From the NCBI GenBank assembly GCA_963719755.1, contig CAVRDA010000021.1, positions 431,403 through 495,402 of the forward strand: a stretch of 64,000 bases of DNA, read 5' to 3'. A program made the translations under genes and the position numbers. This DNA is from Vicinamibacteria bacterium. Lineage in GTDB: Bacteria; Acidobacteriota; Vicinamibacteria; Vicinamibacterales; JAENWD01. Below, in pieces: positions 51,685 to 61,428 of the stretch. Below the pieces are notes generated by a model. The model was given only the letters and a program-made list of their open reading frames with translations. It was not told where the DNA came from and made no database searches. Each line of letters begins with the position of its first letter. Position 1 is the stretch's first letter.

Positions 51685-54345
51685 CTACTGATCGCGCAAG
51701 ACGACGAGCGGATCGACGCCCATCGCCCGCCGCGTCGGCACGTAGCAGGCGGTGAGCGTGACGAGCGAGACGACAAACGCGACGGCCGCGTAGGTGGCGG
51801 GATCGGTCGGGCTGATGCCGTAGAGCTCGCTGGCCAGCAACCTCGTGACCGCCAGCGCGCCGGCGACGCCAATCGCGATGCCGGCGGCGCAGAGCATCGC
51901 GCCTTCCTTGATGACCAGCCAGAACACGTCGCGCCGCTGGGCGCCGAGCGCGAACCTGATGCCGAGGTCGCGGGTCTGCCTGGACACGAGGAACGAGAGC
52001 ACGCCGTAGACGCCGGTGCAGCCGAGCACCAGCGCCAGGCCTGCCATCGTGACGAGCAGCGACGTCGTCGCGGCCGGCGCGGCGACCGCGTCGGCAAACA
52101 CCGCGCGCATCGGCTTGACGTCGTCCACCACCACGTCGCCGCTGATGTCAGCGGCGGCCCGGCGGAGCATCGTCGCCGTCTGCTCGCTGGACAGCGACGT
52201 GCGGAGCGTCAGCGTCATGTCCGCGGCGATGCGCCCGTCCTCCATCGTCGCGTTTGGCCCATGAGGCACGTAGAGCGTGCCGACAATCCAGTCCGGCACG
52301 TTGCGGGTGGGGTCGAACGCGCGCACGTCCGCCGACGACGCCGACGACGGTGTGCCAGTGGTCTTCGCCGACGAAGCGCACGTGCCGGCCGATGGGATTC
52401 TGGTCCGTTCCAGAACTGCTTCGCCGCCGACGCGGTCACGATGGCGACGGGCGGACCAGCGAGGTCCTCGGCGCGAACGGCGCGGCCCGATTCGAGGCGG
52501 ATGCCCATGACGCCGGAAGTAGTCCGGCGTGATCACGTTCATCCAGAAGAGCGGCGCGCTCTTCGATGCCGGCACCGTGTAGCCCTCGATGTCGAGCGAC
52601 CGCTTCGCGACGGCGCCGCTCAGCGGCAGCGTGTTCACGAACGCAGCGCCGGTCACGCCGGGCATCGCCTGCACGCTCGTCGTCGAGCGTGCGGTAGAAG
52701 GCGAGGCACCGTTCCGCCGTGTCGCACAGCGACTCGGTCGGCGAGATGCGCGCAGTGATCACCTGATCGGGCCGGAAGCCGAGGTCGGCGCGCGAGAGAG
52801 ACCACATGCTGCGGACGAGCAGACCGGCGGTGATGACGAGCAGTACCGCGCAGGCAATCTGCGCCACCGCCAGCGCGGTCCTGAACGGCCGCGCGATCGA
52901 CCGGCCGCCGGAACGGCCGCCGGATTCAAGTGTCGTGCGCAGCTTGATGCGCAGCGCCTGCAGGACCGGGGCCAGGCCGAACGCGCAGCCAGTCAGGATC
53001 GCCAGGGCGCCGGTGAACGCCAGCACGCGCCAGTTCAGGTGCACCTCGTCGAGGCGCGGCGTATCGGCGGGCAGCACGAGCTTCAGAATCGACAGCGCCT
53101 GCGACGCCAGCAGCAGGCCGGCGGCCGCGCGCCAGGCGAGGCCAGCACGACGCTCTCGGTCAGCAGCTGCCGCGCGATGCGCCACGGCCCTGCGCCCATC
53201 GCGGAACGGATCCCGATTTCACGCTGGCGGGAGATGGCCCTCGAGAGACTGAGGTTGGCGACGTTCGCGCACGCGATGACGAGCACGAGCGCGACGGCGG
53301 CGATGAGGATCAACAGCCGCGTGCGGACGCCGCCGACGAGCGCGTCCTGAAGCGGCATCACCGCCAGGTTCTCGTTCCAGTCGTCGGGCATCCGCCACGG
53401 GAACCGCGCGCGGACCCGCGACTGAAAGAGCTGCAGCTCCGACTGCGCCTGCGACATCTGCGCGCCCGGACGAAGCCGGCCGACGACCGGCATGAAGTCG
53501 CCCGCCCAGTAGTGCGTGGTGTTCGCGGGATCGAGACCGAGCGGCACCCACACCTGCGTTCTCGCCGAGGGGAACTGGAACGACGCCGGCATGACGGCGA
53601 CGACCTCGCGCGGCACGCCGTCGAGCTCGATGAACCGGCCGACGATGCCGGGGTCCTGATGAAAGCGTGTGGCCCAGATGGCGTGGCTGAGGATCACGGA
53701 CCGGTCGCGCGGCGCGTGGTCCTCTCCAGGGCGAAGCCATCGGCCGAGCGCCGGCTTCACTCCGAGCACCGAGAAGAGCTCGGCGGAGACGCGAGTGCCG
53801 GAGATCCGTGCCGGGTCGCCGGCGCCGGTGAGCGTGAACGACTTGCCTTCGGCGTAGACGCCGACGTCGAGGCTTCGCACTTCGTCGCGCATCGCGGCGA
53901 ACGCGCCGTTCGGGTACGAGGCCTTGACGCTGACGAGCCTGTCGGACGCCGGATAGGGAAGACGCGCGAGCAGGATGCCGTCGACCAGGCTGAAGACGGC
54001 GGTGTTGACGCCGCTGCCGAGCGCGAGCGTGAGAACGGCGACGGCGGTGTAGCCCGGGCTGCGCAGCAGGGTACGCAGCGCGTATCGCACGTCCTGCAGG
54101 CCGCTGACGATCAGATCGACGCGGCGCTCGTCGCGGCAGCGCTCCTTTGACTGGTCGACGCCGCCGAAGTCCCGCACGACCACCCGCCAGGCTTCGTCGC
54201 GATCCATGCCGGCAGCCACCCGCTCTTCGACCTGGCGCTCCAGGTGGTACTGGATCTCGTCGTCCAGGTCCTGGTCGACCTGGCGGCGGCGGACGATCGA
54301 CCGCCACCTGAGGGGCAGGGCGTACAGCCAGTGTTCGAGCCGCAT
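51685..54345 (-). CDS. ADOP-family duplicated MacB/FtsX-type permease (padR-coupled); about five frame breaks (near 53140, 52685, 52505, 52395, 52330)
   Basis: MRLEHWLYALPLRWRSIVRRRQVDQDLDDEIQYHLE... N-terminus and ACANVANLSLSR. The C-terminal FtsX module is in ORF 51685..52674. The pieces lie in ORFs 53083, 52436, 52215 and 52148. Confidence 0.75.
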
Positions 54346-54360
54346 GGCTTACCTTCGGCG

Positions 54361-54696
54361 TTATGCGCGATTGAGGTTCACGACGTGGGTGATCGCAGCC
54401 GAGAGCCGCGCCCAGTTCTCCGTTTCCTTCGCGAGGTGGCGGTGCCCGAGGCGGCTGAGCGCGTAGAACTTCGCGCGGCGGTTGTTCTCGGTGACGCGCC
54501 ACGTCGCGGTCACCCAGCCTTCCTGTTCCAGCTTGTGCAGGGCCGGGTAGAGCGACCCGTCGCTCACCTGCAGCGTGTTGCCCGACACCTGCTTCAGCCG
54601 CTGGCTGATGGCATGGCCGTTCAGCGGCTCGAGCGCGAGTATCTTCAGCAGCAGCAGGTCCAGCGTGCCCTGGACGAGATCCTGGGGTTTGCTCAT
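54361..54696 (-). CDS. PadR family transcriptional regulator (acidobacterial type, upstream of ADOP)
   Basis: MSKPQDLVQGTLDLLLLKILALEPLNGHAISQRL...SDGSLYPALHKLEQEGWV. The stop lies 15 nt upstream of the ADOP start. Confidence 0.85.
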   Translation of the reverse strand: MSKPQDLVQGTLDLLLLKILALEPLNGHAISQRLKQVSGNTLQVSDGSLYPALHKLEQEGWVTATWRVTENNRRAKFYALSRLGHRHLAKETENWARLSAAITHVVNLNRA

Positions 54697-54701
54697 GTGC
54701 C

Positions 54702-54743
54702 CTCGGTTACCGAGAGGAGCATACCAGACGCTCCGCTCGGTAA
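54702..54743 (-). promoter_or_regulatory. perfect palindrome CTCGGT-A-ACCGAG next to the padR ATG plus an upstream complementary copy (8-bp inverted repeat TTACCGAG/CTCGGTAA); candidate PadR operator
   Basis: The minus strand reads cTTACCGAGcggagcgtctggtatgctcctCTCGGTAACCGAGggcacATG. Confidence 0.45.
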
Positions 54744-54757
54744 GCAAGGGGAGGACG

Positions 54758-54879
54758 TGTAGGGATTGTAGGGTTGTAGGTTGTGAGGTTGTAGGGTGGC
54801 CGTTGTAGGGTTGTGCCGTAGGTAGGGAGATACCCCAGTCCTCCCTACAACCCCACGACCCTCACAACCCCACAACCCT
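54758..54879. repeat. heptamer/octamer-ladder palindrome, GGGTTGTA dialect
   Basis: TGTAGGGAT TGTAGGGT TGTAGGT TGTGAGGT TGTAGGG..TTGTAGGGT... with core GTAGGGAG (54822-54829) pairing CTCCCTAC (54841-54848), then ACAACCCCACGACCCTCACAACCCCACAACCC. Confidence 0.85.
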
Positions 54880-54884
54880 CTTCC

Positions 54885-55688
54885 TTACTGCGGCATCGGG
54901 ATCACGCCGAAGGCCTGATACAGCTTCTCCATGTTGGCGCGGAGCGGGCCGAACGCGGACAGCGTCGTCGGCGACGCACCGGCGGCGGTGGTGTCCTTGC
55001 TGAGCTTTCCGGCGCTGTCGAACATCAGCCGCGCCTCGGCGGTCGCAGGCTTGTCGTCGTCGATGCGCGACTTGACGGTCTTGCACGCCTTGGACAGATC
55101 GTCGGCCTGCTTCTTCAGCGCGTCGCGCTGCGGTTGCGCGATGGCCTGATCGCGCTCGATCGCGTTCTTGACATCGTCAGCCTGCTTGGCCGCCAGCTCC
55201 GCCGCCTCCGCGGTTTCGTTGTCGTTCATGCGGCGCGCAGCGCCATCGGCGGGCATCGGAAAGGTCGTGCCGTACGCCGAGGCGAGCGTGCCCATCAGGC
55301 CGGCGAGACGATCCCATTCGCTCGAGCCCTTCATGGTGTTGGGCTGCCCCTTCATGTAGCCGTTGATGTCAGTCCCCTGCCTCAGCACTGTCAGCGCTTC
55401 GCTGCTCGCCGAGTAGTCGGACGAAAAGCGCTCCTTGAGGCGATTCACGTTCTCCTGCAAGTCGTCGAGGTACTGGTCGACTTTCACCTCGCCGCGCGGC
55501 CCTCGCACGATCGAGTTCTTGAAATCATTGTCGAGGGCATCCTCGAACCGATCGCGGCCTTGGTGGACGTCTTCGATCAGCTTCTTCAGGTCGTTGTCGT
55601 TCAGCCGCGGAACGTCCTGGGCGCCGACGATGCCGGCGACGAGGATTGCCGCGGCGACGAGAAGACCGTTTCGGTGGAATCTGGACAT
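54885..55688 (-). CDS. hypothetical secreted protein
   Basis: Intact from ATG 55688 (MSRFHRNGLLVAAAILVAGIVGAQD signal peptide). Helical, charge-rich. No family recognised. Confidence 0.55.
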   Translation of the reverse strand: MSRFHRNGLLVAAAILVAGIVGAQDVPRLNDNDLKKLIEDVHQGRDRFEDALDNDFKNSIVRGPRGEVKVDQYLDDLQENVNRLKERFSSDYSASSEALTVLRQGTDINGYMKGQPNTMKGSSEWDRLAGLMGTLASAYGTTFPMPADGAARRMNDNETAEAAELAAKQADDVKNAIERDQAIAQPQRDALKKQADDLSKACKTVKSRIDDDKPATAEARLMFDSAGKLSKDTTAAGASPTTLSAFGPLRANMEKLYQAFGVIPMPQ

Positions 55689-55804
55689 GTGCTTACCCCC
55701 CACGCCCTGTGCCTCTAACCGCTGCGCCTCTCGGCGCATCGGCGCAGCATACGCCCGCGGGAGCTTCGGAGGAGTGAGACCTTGGTCCTATTTCCGGGAG
55801 TGCG

Positions 55805-56578
55805 TCAGCGCTTCCGGGCCCGTCCGGGTGCCGCAAACCGTCGCTGGACGGCAGGACTGCCGAGCTCGCGCAGCGCGTCCTTTCCGATCCAGCGGGACGC
55901 GGCGTTCGGGGATTCGGCAAGCCGGCCAGCCACCTCGAGCGCGGCCGCGTTCAGCGCGGCGTTCCGCCACCCGACGCGCCGCAGGGCCCAGCTCACCCCT
56001 TTCTTGACGAAGTTGCGCTCGTCGCCGGCGGCGCGCTCCACGTAGCCGAGGCCTTCGAGGAACCGGTCGTCGCCGGCGGTCTTGTCGTGTCCGGCAAGAC
56101 TTGCCAGCAGCGCAAACGACGCGCGCTTGACGTACTCGTCGCGATGGCCGTGCCACTTGGCGACCTTGTCCCAGGCGTACGGCGTGCGGTCGAAGAGGCA
56201 GAAGCAGAGGGTGTCGCAGATGCCCCAGTTGTCGAAGTCCCGACACCAGCGATCCATCTGCGCCGACGTCACCTGCTCAGGCTCATCCACGTACGCCGTC
56301 AGCAGCCGCGCCTCGTACACGCCGGTGTCCCACAGCGCGGCGGCAAGCTCATGGCTCCGTCCGAGGCGCTTGGCCAGCTTCTGGATGTTGGCGATCGAGA
56401 CGCCGTACGCCTTGCTGGCGGTGATGCCGAACCGCGCGAGGTTCTCGCGGTCGCGCACGGTGCTCATTCGCTCCAGCGCGGCCAGGGCATCCTTCACCTG
56501 CGCGCGCAGATCGGCGGCGCTGGCGACAGGCCGCGTCTCGACCTTCTTCCGCGGCTTCTTCACGGCGTTCGATGGCAT
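55805..56578 (-). CDS. DNA alkylation repair protein (AlkD-like HEAT-repeat family)
   Basis: Intact 257-aa ORF with ...LWDTGVYEARLLTAYVDEP...WCRDFDNWGICDTLC...RNFVKKGVSWALR. Confidence 0.75.
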   Translation of the reverse strand: MPSNAVKKPRKKVETRPVASAADLRAQVKDALAALERMSTVRDRENLARFGITASKAYGVSIANIQKLAKRLGRSHELAAALWDTGVYEARLLTAYVDEPEQVTSAQMDRWCRDFDNWGICDTLCFCLFDRTPYAWDKVAKWHGHRDEYVKRASFALLASLAGHDKTAGDDRFLEGLGYVERAAGDERNFVKKGVSWALRRVGWRNAALNAAALEVAGRLAESPNAASRWIGKDALRELGSPAVQRRFAAPGRARKR

Positions 56579-56599
56579 CTGGTTCGCTCCGTTGGCGGC

Positions 56600-57853
56600 C
56601 TACAGCATCCGCAGCCAGGAGTTCGGCGGCCGCCGGCGCTTGAACCTGCCGTACCAGAGGCACGGCACGTACAGCAGCGCGAGTCCCAGCATCCAATACG
56701 CGTACATCCGTGGAATCGGCATGCCGGCCGGGAAGTGCCGGCCGATGGCGGCATACAGCCACAGGTGGGTGATGAAGAAGAAGAGCGGCACGGATCCGAA
56801 CACGCGCAGCGGCGTCAGCCAGCTCGATTCCCCCACACCGCCCCGCTCGATCGCCCACAGCAGCACGAAGTTGGTGCCGAGCGTCAGCAGCAGGAACGTC
56901 AGGCTGGGCGGGTACTTCGTCACGTTCAGGAAGCCGATCCAGCCGCCGGCTGGCGGCTGAAAGCTGCCGATGCCGCCGGTGGCGCGAAGGACGACGAAGC
57001 CGACCAGGAAAACAAGGCCCGCGATTGCGATCTCGACGAACGCGCGGCGGCGATCCTCCTCGAGCCGCCGGCCGAACGCCACGCCGACGAGCGTCGGCGC
57101 CAGCCACGGAATCGTCGGATAGACGGCCAGCAGCGGGCTGGCAATTCCCGGCACGAGCAGCAGCCCCGCCAGCGGCGAGATCGGATCGCCGACGTGCGCG
57201 GGACCGGGAATGAGCCAGGCTGTCAGCAGCACGCAGACGCCAGCAAGGCCGACGAGCGCCATCGACGGCAGCCTGATGAGCAGCGCCGTCACCGCGAGCG
57301 CCGAACCCAGCCCGTAGAGCACGCCGAGGCTGATCACCACGGGGCCGGGCGCGCCCGGCACGCGCAGGCCGTAGGTCTCGACGCGAGTCGCGCCGGCAAA
57401 GGCAAACGGCGATGCCAGGTTCTCGAAGACCTGGCCCAGCGCGATCAGCACAATCCCGCGCACGGCCAGATTCACGACGATGCGCCGTGGACTCCAGCCG
57501 GCACGCGCGCGCGATGCCGCGAAGAGCGCGGCCCCGGCGCCCATCAGGAACATGAAGCCTGGCGCGCAGAGGTGCGTGACCAGCCGCGTCACGAATGCCA
57601 CCCAGTCGCCGTGGTAGTCGGGCAGGCTCGATCCCCAGAACTCACCTGGATGGCTCTTGGCAATGAACCCTCGCGCGTGGTCGATCGCCATCAGGACGAT
57701 GATCAGGCCGCGCAGGACGTCGAGGGACGCAAGACGGGACGCGCTCGCCCGGTCGGGTTTGTCGGGCACGCGCGCGGCGGTTGCTGTCGGGGCTGATGCC
57801 ACACTGGCCTCCAGGCCCGCAGTATGCCCCGCTGCCCGCGGACCGGCCGTCAA
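56600..57853 (-). CDS. DUF1624 / heparan-alpha-glucosaminide N-acetyltransferase-like membrane protein (start uncertain)
   Basis: RLASLDVLRGLIIVLMAIDHAR followed by about 10 TM-like segments. Intact. Confidence 0.7.
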   Translation of the reverse strand: MTAGPRAAGHTAGLEASVASAPTATAARVPDKPDRASASRLASLDVLRGLIIVLMAIDHARGFIAKSHPGEFWGSSLPDYHGDWVAFVTRLVTHLCAPGFMFLMGAGAALFAASRARAGWSPRRIVVNLAVRGIVLIALGQVFENLASPFAFAGATRVETYGLRVPGAPGPVVISLGVLYGLGSALAVTALLIRLPSMALVGLAGVCVLLTAWLIPGPAHVGDPISPLAGLLLVPGIASPLLAVYPTIPWLAPTLVGVAFGRRLEEDRRRAFVEIAIAGLVFLVGFVVLRATGGIGSFQPPAGGWIGFLNVTKYPPSLTFLLLTLGTNFVLLWAIERGGVGESSWLTPLRVFGSVPLFFFITHLWLYAAIGRHFPAGMPIPRMYAYWMLGLALLYVPCLWYGRFKRRRPPNSWLRML

Positions 57854-57922
57854 GATTCCCTTAAGAAAGGTTGAAGGTGCCCGTCAGTGTCGTGCGTTCG
57901 GGCACGGAGATAAAGGGATCTT

Positions 57923-59300
57923 CTACTGACTTTTCTGCAGTCGCTTGATCCGGATGCGCCGGTACTCCATCTGCCCGCGGTCTCCTTCGACGCCAATCGG
58001 CCCAATCGCCGGCACCTTCAGCTCGCCTTCCAGCAGCTCGCCGTTGCAGGTCGCGCGAGCGACGCCGCCGGTCACCGTGATCTCCAGCTCGTTCCAGTCC
58101 TGCGGCTTGTAGCGCTTCAGGTCCTTGTAGGGGCCGGCCAGCGCGTAGTCGCGGCACTGGAGCTGCGGGCCGCGCACGTAGACGCCGCTGTCGGCGTTCG
58201 GCGTCGCCCGGAACTCCATCCGCAGCACGAAGTCGTCGCCGAACTCGCGCGTGGTGTGGAGCTGCTGGATCCGCCGGCCCGCCGGCGGCGTCGTCACTAC
58301 GAGCCGCCCGTTGATCACGACGAAGCGGCCGTCCGGGGTGGACGACAGGCCGTCGAAGGCGACCGGCTCGGTGACAAAGGGCCATTCGGCGGCGTTGGGG
58401 TCGCTGGCCTGCCATCGCTTCGCGCTCGTCTTGTCGGCCTCCGACGTCGCGCGGTAACCCCAGCCCGTCAGCGTGCGTCCGTCGAACAGGCTCTCGAACC
58501 CTTCCTCGAGCGCGAAAGTGTCCGGCGCCGTGTCCATCAGGCGAAGCGTCGCGAAGATCGGGCGCAGCGCCGCGGCCCACTTCGCGTACCCGATCAGGTT
58601 CGGATGGAGCAGGTCCGGGAACTCGGCCGACCGGCGCGTCGCCATTCGCGTCCGCGAACAGCAGCCACGTGTCGATCGGAATCACCTGCGCGTCGTTCTT
58701 CACGGCCGCCAGGTACAGCGCGTTGACCGCCTTGATCTGATCGGCCGGCCGCTTCATCGACGCCGCGCTCGGGAAGACCTGGCACAGGATCACCGGCGTG
58801 CGCGCGTTGTGCGCCTTCACGGCGGCGAGAATCAGCTTCAGGTTGCCGGCGATGGTGTCTGGCGTGGCCCGTTCCTCGAGATCGTTGGTGCCGATGAGCA
58901 GCACCACCGCCGCAGGATCCAGCGCGAGCACGTCATCCTGCAGCCTGATGAGGACACCGCGCGTCGTGTCGCCGTTGATGCCGCGATTGGCGACCTTGAC
59001 GCCGGGGAACGCGAACTGAAGGCCCACGTTCCAGCCTTGAGTGATCGAGTCGCCGAGGAAGACCACGGCGCCCCGATCCTTCTCGCGCTCGGCCGCCCAC
59101 TTCGATCGCCGCTCCCGCCAGGCCTGCTGGAACCAGTCGTAGCGGCGAATCGGGCCTGCACCGGGCAGGCCGTCGTCTGTGGCGGGAAGGGCGAAGCGGT
59201 CGGGCTTGGCGGTCTGCCCGTCAGCCGCGGACGTGCCGACGACGGACAGGGCCGCGATCAGGACGGCTGTCGCGAGGCGGAGTCGAGCGATGAACCACAT
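57923..59300 (-). CDS. secreted SGNH/GDSL hydrolase fused to a DUF1080 (3-keto-disaccharide hydrolase-like) domain; frame broken near 58640
   Basis: The VVFLGDSITQGW, GINGDTT and IGTNDL blocks, then LHPNLIGY. The C-terminal ORF 57923..58645 carries FDGRTLTGW...GPIGVEGDRGQMEYRRIRIK. Confidence 0.75.
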
Positions 59301-59358
59301 GCGCGAGAGGATACCCGACGCGGGCGGGTTTATAGTTACCCGTTCACGGGTGCCACCG

Positions 59359-59931
59359 ATGCCCAGCCGACAGTGTTACCACTGCAAGCAGTGGATCGAG
59401 GAAGGCGAAGCGCACGACTGCTGGACGACGACGGAGGCGGCGCTGACGAGCGAGCTTTCCGAGGACCTGCGCGACGCGTACGCGCGCCTGCGCGAGACGG
59501 CGCTCGCCTTCGGCGACCAGCGGGTCTACGCGTCGCACAAGTCGATCATGTTCTCGCGGGCGTCGTGCTACTTCTTCGTCCGCCCGAAGCGCAGCTTCCT
59601 CGAGGTCTGCGTGTTCCTGGGCCGCACGGTGAGAGCGCCGCAGGTGAGGCGCGTCGATCCGGCGTCGCGGTCCAAGATGGTCCACTTCCTCCGGATCACG
59701 CACCGCGACGAAGTCGAGCCGCCGGTCACCGGCTGGCTCCAGGAAGCCTACGAGTTGTCCGACGTCCTCGCGACGAAGCCGGCGCCGCGCCCGAAGGTGA
59801 CGACGGCGTCGAAGCGTCCCCGGGCGAAGGCTCGGGCCGCCAGGAAGAAGCCACGACCGCCAACCAGGAGAGCCGGCGCGGCAAAAGCGACGAAGGCCAG
59901 CGCCGCAAGGAAGAAGGCAAAGCGGCGCTAG
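59359..59931 (+). CDS. DUF5655-like protein with an N-terminal Cys/His cluster and a Lys/Arg/Ala-rich C-terminal tail
   Basis: MPSRQCYHCKQWIEEGEAHDC..., FFVRPKRSFLEVCVFLGR, and the tail KPAPRPKVTTASKRPRAKARAARKKPRPPTRRAGAAKATKASAARKKAKRR. Confidence 0.6.
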   Translation: MPSRQCYHCKQWIEEGEAHDCWTTTEAALTSELSEDLRDAYARLRETALAFGDQRVYASHKSIMFSRASCYFFVRPKRSFLEVCVFLGRTVRAPQVRRVDPASRSKMVHFLRITHRDEVEPPVTGWLQEAYELSDVLATKPAPRPKVTTASKRPRAKARAARKKPRPPTRRAGAAKATKASAARKKAKRR

Positions 59932-59949
59932 CCGGGCTCCTTCCCGCGA

Positions 59950-60405
59950 CTACTGCCCGTCGTACGCCTTCTGCAGCACCGCGATGTCGAGCTTCGTCAT
60001 CTGCAGCATGGCCTGCATGGCGCGCGACGAACGTGCGCCGTCGGGATCGCCCAGCATGCGGCCGAGGGCATTGGGGACGATCTGCCACGACAGCCCGAAC
60101 TTGTCCTTGAGCCAGCCGCAGCGGCTGGGCTCTCCGCCGTCGGCGAGGAGCTTCGTCCACAGCTCGTCGATTTCCGCCTGCGTCTCGCAGCCGACGAAGA
60201 ACGAGATGGCCTCGGTGAACTTGAACTGCGGGCCGGCGTTCAGGGCCATGAACTCCTGCCCCTCGAGCTCGAACTGCACGGACATCACCCGGCCGCCGGC
60301 GCGGTTGACGGAGATGACCTTCGAGCGCTTGAAGATCGAGGCATAGAAGTTCATCGCGTCTTCAGCCTCGGTGTCGAACCACAAGAACGGCGTAATCTTC
60401 GGCAT
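59950..60405 (-). CDS. VOC family protein (PhnB/YjdN-like)
   Basis: Intact 151-aa ORF with MPKITPFLWFDTEAEDAMNFYASIF...DKFGLSWQIVP. SD GAGGAG upstream. Confidence 0.8.
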   Translation of the reverse strand: MPKITPFLWFDTEAEDAMNFYASIFKRSKVISVNRAGGRVMSVQFELEGQEFMALNAGPQFKFTEAISFFVGCETQAEIDELWTKLLADGGEPSRCGWLKDKFGLSWQIVPNALGRMLGDPDGARSSRAMQAMLQMTKLDIAVLQKAYDGQ

Positions 60406-60502
60406 CGTCCTGACTCCTCAATGATCTGACGCGGCTCTTCCGCGTTCACAGGTCAGTCGGAGCCGATCGCCGCTTCTCGACATCGGCGCGCGCGGGGCGC
60501 GC

Positions 60503-60569
60503 GATTACGCCGATTGAAACTGGATTACGCGGAGGATCTATCCGCAGATTTCGCAGATTTCCCAGATTT
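60503..60569. repeat. CGCAGAT-dialect tandem units (GATTACGC x2; CGCAGATTT x3) overlapping the 3-prime end of the TetR gene
   Basis: The sequence reads GATTACGCcgattgaaactgGATTACGCggaggatctatcCGCAGATTTCGCAGATTTCCCAGATTTt. On the minus strand the 9-mers encode ...KSGKSAKSA.... Confidence 0.7.
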
Positions 60570-61360
60570 TCTTGGTTCGACGACGGCTTCGACGCCGTCG
60601 AGGATCCGCTCGAGGCCGAAGTCGAAGTCGGGGTCGGCCTGCGTGAGTCCTGCCGTGCCGGCGGCCGTTCGAACAATCCGGACGCCAGCAGCTTCGCCGT
60701 CTCGGGATAGCGTCCGGCGTCGACCAGCGCGGCCATCGTCCTGCCGTAGTGCCGCTCGGCCGCCTCGCTGGCGCGGCGCGAGCGCTCGCGCCCTCCGCCC
60801 AAATCCAGTGCCAGCAGCGTCGAGTGTCTGACGTAGCCGCTGAGCAGCGTGAGCACGCCGATCTTCTCCGGCCAGCGGAGCTTCGTCTGCGCCAGCGCCC
60901 TCAGGCCGGACTCCATCCACGCGATCTGTCGGGGGCCGGCCGGGGGGCCCGAGACGGCGAGCCGCGCGATCCACGGACGCTGCCGCAGCAGGTCGCGCTG
61001 AGCGACGGCCCACGTGCGGAGCAACGGGCGCCAGGGACCGGTCGCGCCCGGGGGCGGCTCGCCGGCCGCGTGGTCCTGCATCAGGACGAGCAGCTCGTCC
61101 TTTGACCCGACGTGCCGGTAAAGCGCCATGGTGCTGTAGCCGAGTTCCCGGGCGACTCGCGGCAGGCTGACGGCGTCGAGGCCCTCGCTGTCGGCCAGAT
61201 CGACGGCCTGCTCGACGACTTTCCGGACGTCCAGCTCTGCCGGACGGCCGAGCGGGGATGGCGCGCCGAGTCCCCACAGCCGGCGCAGGACCGGCGGCAC
61301 CCGGGTCAAAGGCTCCTTGGATGGACGGCGGGCGGCCATGACCGACGCATCATCGCCCAC
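60525..61360 (-). CDS. TetR family transcriptional regulator; frame broken at about 60650-60680; start GTG 61360 or ATG 61339
   Basis: The HTH LDAVSLPRVARELGYSTMALYRHVGSKDELL is in ORF 60446..61360. The C-terminus DPDFDFGLERILDGVEAVV is in ORF 60525..61277. Confidence 0.8.
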
Positions 61361-61374
61361 GGTCCCTGCGTATT

Positions 61375-61389
61375 CAATATAGTATATTG
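61375..61389. promoter_or_regulatory. perfect 15-nt palindrome CAATATAgTATATTG in the tetR / DUF418 divergent region (candidate TetR operator)
   Basis: Read directly. AT-rich island ttcaatatagtatattgcttatactaatt. Confidence 0.5.
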
Positions 61390-61416
61390 CTTATACTAAT
61401 TCCCGTGGCCGGACTG

Positions 61417-61422
61417 GAGAAT
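61417..61422 (+). promoter_or_regulatory. -10-like GAGAAT, 6 nt upstream of ATG 61429
   Basis: The sequence reads ggactgGAGAATgccgtcATGacc. Confidence 0.3.
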
Positions 61423-61428
61423 GCCGTC

